Source: Camelus dromedarius
Taxonomy: Eukaryota
DNA length: 64,000 bases
NCBI RefSeq assembly: GCF_036321535.1
Contig: NC_087436.1
Coordinates: 56,918,001-56,982,000, forward strand
Direction of reading: 5' to 3'
Positions 12,306 to 25,500 of this stretch are shown one piece after another. A program made the translations under genes and the position numbers. Below the pieces are notes generated by a model that did not search any database, had not been told where the DNA came from, and saw nothing but the letters and a program-made list of their open reading frames with translations. Within the stretch, counting starts at the first letter, position 1. Each line of letters starts with the position of its first letter.

Positions 12306-13769
12306 AGTTTTTATTTTTATTTTCCTCTTTAAAGAAAGACTATAACTTTACTGAGGTTAAAATAAAATTAACATCAATGCAAATAATAATCATTATTTCT
12401 GGTGAAAGCCAAATTTAACCATGAAACTAGTCTATTGCAGTTGCAAAAACCTGAACTATCAAAACCAGACAAGCACGATATCAACTTATTTAAACAGCCT
12501 GCTAAATTCACTTCCAAATTTTGCTGAAGAAAACATTTGCTTCACAAAATCACTGAAAAATCAGTCTTAAATTGTTACCAACTCTAGAAAAACAAATCAT
12601 CTGTATCACATGTGGAGCTTTACCATTAGATTAGAAAGTGGCTCTTCATTAGAATAAATCTGTCCTCTACAGCAATCTCCTTTGACAAGAAAATTTCTAA
12701 CATTTCTTGCCCATCATTCAGACAAAAGAAAGGACAGGGCTTCACTAACGCAAAAGGTAATGCAGCTGATTACAAAATTTTTAATTAGGATAACTTAGAT
12801 AATTGTCTAGCAATAATAAAGCTTAAGTCTTGAAGAGAATGAAGGTTAATGGTGATAATAAAATAAAAGCACTTTGGAAACTGCCCTTCCCCAAGAAAAT
12901 ACTTCACTATTTTTATTTAAAATTTCAACAGAAACAGTCTGGTGACTGTAACAGAAGCCAAGACAATTGGACAATGATTACCAGTCCACCTGAAAAGCTA
13001 ACTGACTTCAAAAGGTCATTCCTGCCAGGTGTAAATGAAATGTTTTAATGATCATCCACTGTAAAGAGATCAAAGCGTCCCAGGAAATGTTTCTAGAAGT
13101 AAAACTTAAAAGATGATTTCAAATATTACTTGACAAATCCCTAAATAGACTGAATCATTTTACAGACTAATATGTCTTTAAAAATCTGCATGTTACTTTG
13201 ATGATTACCCAACAGATACTAAAATTTTTCAATCTCCATTATGAAGCTGAAAAATAAGGGTAAAACCAAAATCTTGGAGAAAAGACAAAAATAATTTTTT
13301 GTTTTACCTTATCTTTCAAAGTAAATATTCTTGTAAGTGTGATGGCAATGAAATGAATGAGTAGTCACCACTCCACGAAAGTTACTTTCACTGAACTACA
13401 TATTAAATCTGACCCGATTTCTCATTTATAATTAATTACTCTTCCTACATAAAAACAACAGCACTAAGGATACAAATGCCAATGTTTACAGCCTTTTAAA
13501 CCCCAAATACTATTGAAAATTAGTATCAGTCCTGAATAAAATAACACTTCAATCAGCAGACTTTTCAGACTTCAGAGAAAATATTTGCTGTGCACCACAG
13601 TACTGCGTACTGTGTTCCAAAAACAAACCAGATCAAATCAAACCAAACTCTCACTTTGTTGACAAGGTCTCATTTCAATCTAAAGGCAAAATGCCTCCAT
13701 CCTATCAACTAACCTGCTGTAGATTTTATTACAACTCACCTTAGGAAATACCTACCCTCAACTCTCTGA

Positions 13770-14200
13770 AATCATCTCCCACTCCTCTCCCTCTCAGTCT
13801 ACTCCTCCCACTGGAGTCTTGCTGTCTCTGAAATGTGCCAAGCAAACGTTCATCTCAGGGTCTTCACCTTTTGCCAAAAACGTTCTTCTTCCCACTTCAC
13901 TCCAGCCTCTGTTCAATGTCACCTTATCTATGAGGCCTTTTTGCTCACCTTCTATAAATCAGTAACCCCTGTTCAACCACCACTCCCCTTCCCTATATGT
14001 CTTTGTTTTTACCCCCTACTACTTATCACCAACTATTTTTATTTATTTATTGTCTCTTCTTCACTTCCCTAAAGGATAGGTCTGGGAGAGCACAGGCTCT
14101 GTTTTATTCACAACACTGTATCCCTAGTGCCTAGGACAGTGCCTCACATGTAACAGTGTTCAATAAACACTGTGGAGGAAGTAAGTAAGTCAATGAATGA
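13770..14200 (+). mobile_element. L2 LINE 3' end
   Basis: ctgtatccctagtgcctaggacagtgcctcacatgtaacagtgttcaataaa followed by a degenerate (tgaa)-type tail. Confidence 0.8.
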
Positions 14201-14834
14201 CAGCAATGATTTACATTTATGAGTAAAGTTCAGAGTAGTTAAATTTTATATTTCCTAAAATCCATAAAGTTTGTAAGTAGTATAACCACATACAGATCTC
14301 CTAACTTTGTCTACAGATGGCTACACTTGGGTCAGGCACTCATCCCAGGGTCAGCTGGCTATGGCCAGGGAAACAGAAGAGCAAGGTAAGGAGCACAGAG
14401 ATCTACACACAAAGGCTGATGAAGTGCAAGAACTCCTAGAAAGAGATGGTACCACTGGCAGACACACTGCTCAACTTGTCTAGTCTACATTCCACTTACA
14501 TACTTCCTCTTACAACCAAATTTATCCTTCTCTGGAGGCAAAAAGTGTTCCCTAGAACAACTGTCTCTCACAGGAATATAGCTTATCATTTCTCTTTCAA
14601 AGAATTAAAAAACGAAAATCACAGTGAATGACAATCACTAACAGAAGATTGTCTAATTGGAGGTTTTACCAGTGCCAGCCCTCCTTTTAAATCTCTTTGA
14701 GAGTTCCTGCCAGACTATCACAGATGGAAGAAGGAAACGGCCTATTCATCCAAAAAAAAAATACTTATTATGTACTTTTATGAAAGATGTTTCAGGAAAT
14801 AATTTAAACTGCAGTGTGTGTACATTGTGTCTGT

Positions 14835-14836
<2 letters not shown>

Positions 14837-14870
<34 letters not shown>
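14837..14870. repeat. (GT)17 microsatellite
   Basis: Read directly. Confidence 0.95.
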
Positions 14871-14873
<3 letters not shown>

Positions 14874-15049
14874 GAGAAGGATGCTTCTAAAGAATTTTCT
14901 ATAAAAACCTATGGAAAAGAAAATCAGAATTGATTTGGAAGATGAAGTTATCTAAAAAGTGATGGATAGAGAAATACTATTCCAATGTGTCAAAACTGCT
15001 TCAACTAGATATTACTAGGAAATATTTATTACTGTAGGATAATCTTTAT

Positions 15050-15285
15050 TATTATTAGGTAACCTTGGCTGAGTACTTACTATGTGTCAGGTGCTTTACA
15101 GGTGTTAATTTATTTAATTCAAGAATCCTGTAATGTAAATATTATTTTTCCCCTACTTGAGAGTTACGGACCTGGGGTAGAGTCAAGTAATTTGTCCAAA
15201 TGTATACAGCTGGTGAATTACAGAGCCAGGATTCACACCCAGGCATTGTGCTCCAGAGCCTGCACTTGTAATAACTACACTAAAC
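15050..15285 (-). mobile_element. MIR SINE
   Basis: tgagtacttactatgtgtcagg...aagtaatttgtccaa...cagagccaggattcacacccaggc...ctccagagcc. Confidence 0.8.
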
Positions 15286-16639
15286 AGCACATAGAATCCT
15301 GTCCACTAGAAATATAATCTTAAAATGGTATGTTGGGAGAAAACATAAACCTTAAAGGATCATGGCAAAAAAAAATCAATAAAAAATACAAGACTACTGT
15401 GTTAGCTTTGGTAATAAAATGTTCAGAGACATTTGAACACTTGTCATGGTATCATCACATCTGCCAGTAGTGTTTTTTTTTAAGGCTGGAAATCGATTAC
15501 TATTACATTACTTTAAATCTTAAAATCATTAAGAAAACTGTATCTAAAGTAACATTTCTTTTACACTGGTATATTATTTTGTCATACTTAATGTAATACA
15601 GATATTTATAAGTTGACTGTAAAGTATTATTTTGCAAATATACCCCAAAACTCATTGGAAAACTCATTCTTTTCCTGAATTTATAAAAAGTTGACTTTAA
15701 GTATGAAGTTACATCATTTGCTAAGGCATTATGATCTATTATTCTGGACCTACAGCTACATGATATTGATAACACTTTTATCCATTAACAATGTATTTAA
15801 GACATGAAAATCTGAATTTAATGAAATGTCAACTGTTAGCCTTCTCTTATTAGATGTTAATCCTGCTCAAGTGACCTCTCTGAAAGGCTCAGAAATGAAA
15901 AACATTAAATCTTATAAACTCTCTCCACTTGAAATAATAAAAGGACTACAAAACATAACTTTTGGCATTGGGCACATTAGGCAACCAAAAGGCTAAAACA
16001 TTCTTTTTAAAAATAGACACTGTTAAAATCTTTTTCAGTTCAACGTATCTGACCTAACACTCACTTTATCTTTCAGACAGACTCTAACAAAAGTATACCA
16101 GTATAATTTGTAAACAACTCCTGAATGTGTGTGCAACATTTCCTTACTAAAGTAGAAAAGGTCGTAACATCACAAGGAAATGAAAACAGAAGCCATCTGG
16201 GAAACAAGCTGCTCCTTAACAGTGATAATTTAAAAATTTTTTAAAACACAAAGTAGAAAACTGTAATCAGTGTGCAAATAACAATGAGAAAATAATCATT
16301 TCTGTGTTATAACTTATAAATAACTTTTCCAAACAAATATATTAAAATAAGTATCTTACTTCCAGGTAGCCACCTTGAAAGGCTATGGTTATTCCTTCAC
16401 TCAAAAAAATTTTGGAATTCTTCCCCTGAAATTTCTTTCAAAACCAGTTTAAAAACACATCAGCTTGCAGATATGGTAAAATCATAGTAATAGTAACCCA
16501 CTGTCCCTAGCTCGGTTCTGACCCAGAGGAATCAGAATTCCTCTCAAATCCCCAGCTGTCCCACCATCACCCTCAATGTCATCCTCCTCTACACCTTAAA
16601 CCTCCTTAGCTCTCCTTCGGACACTAGGCTGACCTCCCC

Positions 16640-17050
16640 TCCCTCATCTCACTCCACTTTCCTCCTTGCTCACTGCACTCCTGCCACACTGGCCTCCTTT
16701 TCTGTTCCTTAAACACACCAAGCTCTCTCCTGTCTCTCGCCCTTTGCACTTACAGTTCTCTATGCCTGCAGTGCTGTTCTTCCCCTTCCCATGACTGGCT
16801 TCCTATCCTGTTGCCCTCAATTAGTAGGGCCTGTCTTGACTGCCCAACTTAAGTAAAACGCTTAACCCAGACGCCCTTCCCCACCACAGCACCTTATTAA
16901 AATTACACTGCTTATTTATTTATACACTTGTGAATTAACAGCCCTCTTACTGGAATATAAGGTCCATAACAATAAGAACTTTGTTTTGTATATTTTCAGT
17001 CCCGTGACCAGTACTGGGCATAAAGTACATGCTCAATAATGATACTGAGC
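16640..17050 (+). mobile_element. L2 LINE 3' end
   Basis: gccacactggcctccttttctgttccttaaacacaccaag...cctttgcactt...gggcataaagtacatgctcaataa. Confidence 0.75.
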
Positions 17051-17864
17051 AAATGGCTCCATGCCCAGATGTAGATATAGCAAATTGTCTACTGGAGCCT
17101 GTTCTGTGTCTCCTCTATGGATTCCACAGATCCTAGTCTAGAAGTTCCATCCCATCCTGATAGGCTGTGTGGTCAACACACATACTGTTGTGGTCTTTTC
17201 CAAGGTTTGATTACTACATACATGTCCTCACCTGCTTCCAAGTTCCTTCTTATATTCTACATCATATTCCATGTGCCTTTAGGTCAGAAAATAGAGAACC
17301 ACTCTCTATAGCCAAGCCTAGTACACAGTAAGAGGTCAACAAATATGTGTTAACTAACACCTTCTCCTGGAAGGGCTCTGGCATGACTCATTCAGAAGGG
17401 CATCACGAGGAGACAATACCAAGGACGCGCTCTGCTCTACCAAGAATTTATCCATCTCTCTTAAAAGATAATAGATAATAATAATAATAAAATCTCCAAG
17501 AACTAAAGCTTGAATACACCTCAATTATGTGTTTCCTGAATTCCTTCCCACGAAGTTCCTTGATCTTTCATGCAAACAGCACGCACATACACAAACAGTC
17601 CTGCCCCTCTCAGGCTCTCCTAACCTCCATTTGTGTCCAGACAAGCCCGAGTTTGCACACGTACAAAGCATAGGCCAGATTTAATTTTCTTTCACTTTTT
17701 AAACAAAAGACACACATACTGTAAAAATTCCAAACAGTACTAAAGTATACAGAGAAAACTGAAAATTCTATCAAGTTCACTGCCCGGGGCAGTTCTAAAC
17801 CCTGCCCTACCCAGTCACAAAAATCAGTTTCCTTACTTAATAACTATACTTCTGCATTGCTCTT

Positions 17865-17990
17865 TCTTTGGGGGGGTGGGGCAATTACATTTATTTTCAT
17901 CATTTTTTTAAAATGAAGGTAATGGGGATTGAACCAAAGACTTCATGCATGCTAGGCATGTGCTCTACCACTGAGCTATATCCTTCCCCC
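17865..17990 (-). mobile_element. tRNA-Ala-derived SINE (camelid Vic-1-like)
   Basis: Minus strand reads gggggaaggatatagctcagtggtagagcacatgcctagcatgcatgaagtctttggttcaatcccc, then an A-rich tail with a taatt..ccc motif; flanked by gcattgctctt-like direct repeats. Confidence 0.85.
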
Positions 17991-19434
17991 AGCACCGCTC
18001 TTTGTTTTTTTTTTTCAGCATTGCTCTTAATATATCTGAGGTGTGAGGTTCAGTTCTGCGAGTCATACACAAAGAAACATTTAAAAACTGAATTCCTTTT
18101 AAAGGCAAATACTCAGGGTCGTGAAGAGAAGCAAACTATTAGAAGAGAAACATTTGAAGAAATGACTTCCAACAGAACATCTACCAGACTCAAAGGGGAA
18201 TATAAGTCAGTCACCTATTTGAAAGACTGTAATATGAGCGACAGCTATCATTTGTTAAGCATGACACTAAAGGACAGAAGTAGAACCGCTGAGTCAAATA
18301 CAGAGAAAACAAATTCAGGCTGACACACAGGAAGCCCTTGGGAGCCAAAGGGCTATTAAAATTAAGTAACCTCTAGGGCATCTCCTGACTAACACTAACA
18401 AAGAAAACCAAAATATTTCATCAGTTAATGATAACTATCAATCAATTCTAGAAGAACCAACTACAACTGACTGCAACCCAGCTTCCCATTTGTCCCCTGT
18501 CATCATTATGATCATCAGTCAACAGTTAACTAAAGATGTACTGGAAATTTTAATATGATCTTGAGTAAATAAGATCCAGGGTTATAGGGGTGATTTTTCC
18601 TGGTGAGAGAGGTTCATGATTTAACAAAGTATATGACCTATTTATATGTACTTAAACTGTACTGCTATGAAACCTAGTATCTGAACTGATCTCTGGCCCA
18701 GAGCCTTAAATAAACTGTAACCAGTTCTTTTTACCTTAAATGTTACCACTTTAGCTTAACAATGAGGTGCGGAACAAAACCAGGTCTGGCCAAAGATTCC
18801 TCCAGAAATCTTTAGTAAGTTCAACATTCATTATTATGTTTTATAGTATTAAAATATTATAAGCAATGTCCCAACTTCAAGGTCCTCTAAATCTTTGGTC
18901 ACAAAGATACAGCATCATAAACAGAACTAATGACTGATATCACATATTATTAAAGCTGACATTTATTTCCAAAAACTATTTGACCTATGGTGACTAAACT
19001 CTGAAAAAAAAGCAAAAAGACCAGTAGCTGAAGAAAAGTAGATCTGTCACATTATTTAGTCAACAGCAGTTCCATTGTAATTTAGCCTTAATCTTTTTGC
19101 TGAAATGATCTAAATAACAAAAGATCCATAACAAAAATACTTTTAAGAAAACAAAGCTACATGCAGTTTCTAAACATTAGTGTACATGAGAAACATCGAA
19201 AAAGCATGAGAGAATCCCTAAACATCCTGAATTCAAAGTCTGGGGCCTAGAAGCTACATTTTTAAAATCTAACTGATGTTGATGATTAGTTTAGAAACTA
19301 GTCATATTTTTTCTTAATAATCTCAGTTACTCCCATTTATATAAGCCTGATGCTACAGCATGCATACTCTCTTTAAGAAACACACACACAAACTTAGTTG
19401 TCGGTAGTGAAAGCTGTCATCTATTCCTAGAAAG

Positions 19435-19700
19435 TACAGTATACTGGTTAAAAGCATTACCACTCAGTTTGACTGGTATCAAATCCTATGCTTATCTAAT
19501 TACCAGCTGTGTAGCTCTGGGCTTGTTATTTAACTTCTCTGTCTGTTTCTTTATCTGTACATCTGTAGAGATTTTAAATCATACTTCCTCAGAGGGTTGT
19601 TACGCAGATTAAGTAATCAAACATGTGCAAAGTATCTAGAGTAGGGCCTAGACAATGACAAGGGCTCAATAAACGTTAGTGCATTTTCATTATTATTATT
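19435..19700 (+). mobile_element. MIR SINE, near full length
   Basis: tggttaaaagca...taccagctgtgtagctctggg...tttaacttctctgt...agggttgtt...gctcaataaacgttag. Confidence 0.82.
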
Positions 19701-19853
19701 TAATATAGGAAAGAAAAGAGACTCCAGTGGGATGGAACAGTCAGACATTTCAAAGAGCACCTAGTATATGAATGTGCCTTGATGGATGGGTAGGGCTTTA
19801 GGGATAAGAAATAAACATATTGTGTGTGAAGAATGAAGAGACCAAGGGCTTCA

Positions 19854-19975
19854 GGGGGAGGGTACAGCTCAGTGGTAGAGTGTGTGCTTAGCATGCACAA
19901 GGTGCTCGGTTCAATCCCCAGTACTTCCATTTAAAAAAAAAAGAAAAAGGTAAAAAAAAAAAAAAGTATGCTTCT
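19854..19975 (+). mobile_element. tRNA-Ala(AGC)-derived SINE (Vic-1-like) with 18-bp target-site duplication
   Basis: A box (cagctcagtgg), anticodon arm gtgcTTAGCATgcac, B box ggttcaatcc and poly-A tail. TSD aagagaccaagg(g/a)cttca at 19836-19853 and 19976-19993. Confidence 0.9.
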
Positions 19976-20963
19976 AAGAGACCAAGGACTTCAGGGTTCA
20001 TGACAGGCATCTTGGACCATAAACTCGGTTTTACTGAGTGGGCCCGCTGATGCGCAGCCTGAATGGCAGGCAGGGGAGTTAAGCAATAAGTAACATGAAG
20101 CCCTACAGTTCTCAAACAGTACAGTTCTCAAATGTATTAAATGCAGGGTTTTAGAATTCCTGCCTGGGCAAGGTGCCAGCCTGAGTGAGGATGAGGAACC
20201 AGTCTAGGCGAGAATAAGCCACTGAAGAAGTTTGGAAATGCCTTTGTCTGCTAAACTATCAAAGTATCATCGACAATTAGATAGTAACTAGCTAGAATCT
20301 TCCAGAATGAATAAAGGCACAGATAAACAGAAGTGCCTAGTACGAAAAGGTCAAAAGAAACATTTGTAAAATATGTGGAAGTCAGTAGCATAGAGATATT
20401 TCAAGAGAATGTCCAAAGTCAAGAAAACTTCATGTGGAACAATGCTTCTATTTATACACAAACTTCTTTCTCCAGAACATCTCTAAGAGCTGCTAGTTAG
20501 GGAATAAAGCTTCTGTTTTCTAAAGGACATTTGTCCTCCAGTACCTTTTCTCAAGAAGAAAAAACACTTTCAGAAATATCCGCAATCTCCTCTGGCTAGC
20601 ATTATACGAACTTACTAAATTTTTTAATTTTAGCATCTCTAGAAGTTAGTATCTCAGAAATCATAAGAGAAATACTGCACTAATAACTGGATCCTCAACG
20701 GAACCAAATCACAATACTTAAACCCCTGATGGAATCAATGGTAAATGGGATTCCATTATTACTGTCCTTAAAAATCCGCTTCCCCTTTTGGTAGATCAAA
20801 CTTCACCCAAGATGATTATCATGAAGAAGAGTGGCCACTGTTAAATCAGTTTTTGAATCCTGGAAAAAAATATTTAACAAGGAAACAATTCAAATAACAA
20901 ATGGTACAAATCATTATCTAGTTCCAAACTCCTCTCATCATACTTAAAGTTTTATAGCAACAT

Positions 20964-21149
20964 AAAAGTTTCTTCTGTATAGCACAGGGAACTATGTTTG
21001 ATATTCTGTAATAACCTTTAATGAAAAAGAATATGAAAATGAATATATGTATGTATATGCATGACTGGGACACTGTGCTGTACACTGGAAATTGACACAT
21101 TGTAACTGACTGTACTTCAATTTAAAAAATAATGAAAATTTAAAAATAT
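20964..21149 (+). mobile_element. 5'-truncated lineage-level L1 3' end (artiodactyl/camelid type) with TSD
   Basis: ctgtatagcacagggaactat...aatgaaaaagaatatgaaaatgaatatatgtatg...ctgtgctgtacactggaaattgacacattgtaactgactgtacttcaat plus A-rich tail. Perfect TSD ttttatagcaacat at 20950-20963 and 21150-21163. Confidence 0.88.
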
Positions 21150-21919
21150 TTTTATAGCAACATGCTAAAGGGAAATTCCTCCTTCCTCATCTTTAAGCAC
21201 ATAAAATACAAACACCCCGGCATCCTCTTTTTGTCACCAAAGTTACCAACACGTACACTCTCTGCTGCTTACACCCAAATGAAGAAAAATGAAGAAATAC
21301 ATCATTCCACACATTAGTATGACTTCACAATGCCAGACTCACTAAGCTATGAAACACTATAAACCGTTGTGACTTGTTACACTCCACTGGCTAATAAAGG
21401 TTGATATGAAAGAACAGTGAGGCTCCTAAGAGTGAATTTTACTACGTCCAAGGACCAAGCCAAACACCTCATTATGGTCAGGCTCCTTGTCATATCATCT
21501 AAGGGGAGCTGGAGAAGAGTAGGATTCAAAATTACACACTGTATCAGGCTACTGGAGAAACTCCAAAGGTAACAACCTTAAATCTGTTAAGTGTAATTTA
21601 CTTAATTTTTCAGAAAGTCTATGACAGGGCACTATGCCAAAAACTGCTCCAAAAAAACCAAAAAAACTTTCACCATGTAATTGGAAGTAATATATTAAAG
21701 AGAGAGGAAATCCGTTTGGAAATAGGAAACATATGATGGAGGATAATCATTAATCAAAGCTCTAAACGAAAAAATTCAAATAATACTACCCTCCCCAAAG
21801 TTATGAAACCATTTAAAGAAGGTCAGCACATTTTTATTTCGTCTATTCTCATGCAAAATGGACAAAAATGAACCACTTAAAAACACAGAGAATCCTCTGT
21901 AGAATACTTGTGATTAAGC

Positions 21920-22570
21920 CTTTACAAAAAAGAGAAAGATGGAAATAGGCCCATCTGATTGGAAAAGATCTAAGTCTGCTGAAACACGTGCTAGCACAGG
22001 TATGAGGAAACTGGCTCTCCTGCTGTGGGCAGGAGAGCCTCTAGACATATTCAGCAACATCAATCAAAATTACAAGAGCATATGACCTTTGACTCAGCAA
22101 TGCCATTTATAGGAATCTGTCTGACAGATGTGCTCATATAAATGCCATATACATGTAAAAATTACATTACAGTGTTACTGAAAGAAAAAGATAGAAACAA
22201 CCTAATTGTCCATCAATAGAAGCCGGTTAAATAAATTACAATAAATCCAAACACAGTGCACCTGTTAAAAAAGAATGAAGATATATTCACTGATGTGGGG
22301 TTAAATGAAAAAAACAAAATGCAAAAAAAAAAAAAAAAAGTATTTTTTAAGGATATTGTGTTGAAAAGGAGGTTGGTGAGGATATGTCTGTATTTTCACA
22401 CATCTGTATAGATTATCCCTGGAAGTACACACAAGAAACTGCTAATACTGGTTGCTTCCAGCCAGAGGAAATGATTAGCAGGGCTACAGGAGACTCCTTC
22501 CTCTAAACCCTAGTGAATCTTTTGGCTTTCAACTCACATCAATGTCTCACCTAAAGAAAAGTACAAATTA
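21920..22570 (+). mobile_element. Old L1 (L1ME-like) ORF2-end/3' fragment
   Basis: gacctttgactcagcaatgccatttataggaatct...gaaacaacctaattgtccatcaatagaag...gtacacacaagaaactg. Confidence 0.72.
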
Positions 22571-25500
22571 ACCAAACTTTAAAAGAGAGTGGAGGATGAA
22601 GCGTTAAAATTTCCCAAGCACCAAATCTGACCCAGTAATTAACTGTTTCCTTTTTTAAATTGCCTCTTTCTTTTCTTCTTCCCTCTAATTTGTTCTTGAT
22701 CATTCCCTCTATCAACTTTCCCAGATCATTTTACTCTCTTCCATTGAGGCTGGACAGGGACATGTGTCACAAATGCTAAGCCCTGCTGGGAGTACTAAAT
22801 GCCAATGAGGTTGATGAACTTTGTTCCAGTAATTATCACACAAAATGGGCAACAATCTCAGCTGTGAAAGACACCTGAGTATTTACAAAAGGATAGATAG
22901 ATAAATCCACTTATGCAACAAGAAAGAAAAAATAGTAAGAAGGTGACAGAAGATGGGGGAAGTGAAAATTTGAGAGATTCCGTTTTAATGATATCATAAA
23001 AAGTTCTTCCAAACTATCTTTAAACACTCATTCAATATTGTCTGCTCTGTCCAAACCTAAGTATTTTATTACCTTAAAAAAAAATCAATAAAAACAAAGT
23101 ATCCATGCTATAAAAGTGATTTTCCCACTGTGTAATTAAAAAACCAAACCTGAACTCCCAGAAGTGGCTCTGCACTTAGAATACCTAAATTAGGGATCAC
23201 ATGATCACAGCCATTACTTTTTCAAATGAACATTTTTTCATTCCCATTATATCATTTATTTGCAAATCCATACATATATTAAGATTTCACATGCTAGGTT
23301 CTTGTTTTGTCAAATTTTATGTTACATACTCAACATTTCTACATCTCAAAAATTTAACTGAAGACCTAGAATCTCACTTACTAAGGCTGAAACATAAGTA
23401 TCCCTTATAAAACCCCAAAGAAACAACCCCTTTTTACCTAGAGCAATGTTTGCTTCTAGATTAACTAACTCATATCAAATTTCTCCTCCATGCGGTTGTA
23501 ACTGGGGGAAATGGCCGTGACTGGTAGTGCAGTACATGAGAATCTGGGCAAGAACTACAGTAAACAGGATGTTTTGGACAAAGACATCTGGTTAACTGTA
23601 CATCCACACTGTAGCCTGACCAACAACCATCATAAAGACAAGCTCGTTACATTGAAAGTTCTAAAAAAAAAACTGAAAATATATCTACAGGCTTCAGTAC
23701 TCTCTGTTAAGTAAGTAAATGTCATGAGTAGATAAATAGGTTGTATGAAAATCTCCTTTACGTAGGTCTAAAGTACTGTTCTTATTTCATCCAATCTCTA
23801 CAATATTGTTTCCTCTACCAGATACAAAAACCCTCACACACCAGTCAAATTCCTCTTATTTTAACAAATAACTTTCCAAAATGCCCAATATCCATTAAAA
23901 ACTTAAAAGAAAAACCAAAACCAAAAAAAAAGCCCCCTTATTCTAAATCTATTAATTTACCATAAAATATACTGAAAAAGCTTTTCATAACAGACTAGAA
24001 AAACACCTTTGGGATTATCTTGAGATTCTTGAGCCTTCTGACCACAAATGATAGAAAACTGCCATGTGGGAAAAGACAAAAGGCTAATTAACATTTTAAA
24101 AGCAGAGAGTGAACATCCATATGAAATATACATTACGTAGTTAAACAAACTAATTTTATTAACCTTCTAGCTTGGCATGAACACAGGGTAGCTGGGCTGG
24201 AGGGAATGTAAAAGAAAATACTCAACAGCTTAAAATTAACAATGGGCCCATTTATTCAAGGTAGGATGGTTCTCCCATTTCAGCTTGAGGACTGAAAGTC
24301 TCTTTCTCCCCTCCTCTAGGAGGGAAACTCTGCAGCTGGCCTATCACTCAGCTATATTCACAGCTTCACTCAGAGTCAAGCAATGGCAAGAAAAGTCTCT
24401 GTCTTCATTCTGCACTGAAAACCAGCACAGAGAAATGTTGACTTTGAGGTGTTCAAATTTCATCCTTCAAGGACCAGTTTAATTAATTTCTCCTGTAGGA
24501 AGCCAACTCTCCATCCCTGAACAAACACAAAAGGTCTATGCCCTCTGAAAATGAGAAACACTTATCTGTATCTCTGTCATTCCATTAAATATTGTCTTGT
24601 GACAGGTCTTACGACATTGTCAAGTACTGCATTTATTTCTTTTCTCCCCAACCTTTGTACTCATTACTCTGTCTCTTCTTCAGTGGCTTCTAGGAAATAG
24701 TCCTTAAACTATTGAATAAATGAATTTATAGCAAATTGTTTTCATGTGTTTCAAGTGTTTTCTCTGTTCTATGTTATACTCTTCAACAGGGCTCCAGACT
24801 CCAGGAAATGGAACATTTCTTCTGCTTTTCAAGTTGAATTCCAATCTTGTCTGACCTGGTAACAACTGGTCCTCCCCTAACTCTTGAGAATCAAAATCTT
24901 TATTATTTGGTTATTAAAATGTCTGACCTTATTTTATCTGCTAAAGAAATACCATAGATGTGTTTATGGAGAATTGGGAGACTACCTTCAGGAAATCCAA
25001 ATATTGATAGTTAAGGGAAAAACTCTAATATCATACATCAGAAAATAACACACAGCAGACAGAATATTTCAACTTTAGGATGCTATACTTAAAAGGTAAT
25101 TCAAAGACACAGTATTCTTTGTGTAATTCCATCGTGAGGAGCATCAACTTGCCAAAATATGACCTTGAATTGTGCAACATCTCCTATTTCTTATAAAATG
25201 TATTGGCGAAGACCAACAAACCCACACTGCTACGATGAAACCCATTCCCACATTCCATGGCTTCAAGGCAATTCCATAAATACAGGGTCATGAAAAGATA
25301 GCCTGCAAACTCCAGTAGACAGTATTCCATTTTAAGGTTAGGAAACTGAAGACAATAACATGTGACCAGGCAGTTACAGCTATCTAAGGATATTTTCAAA
25401 AAGTCTGCAAGAATTACCAATCTTATCTTAGAAATCCACATACTAAAAAAAGTATGCAAAACTCACACAAAAGAGACTGGGAACAAACCTGAGTGTAATG

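Noticed and set aside
19856..19929. Functional tRNA-Ala(AGC) gene
   Set aside because: Poly-A tail, 18-bp TSD, CpG-decay substitutions, a disrupted T-stem and three sibling copies in the window identify it as a SINE.
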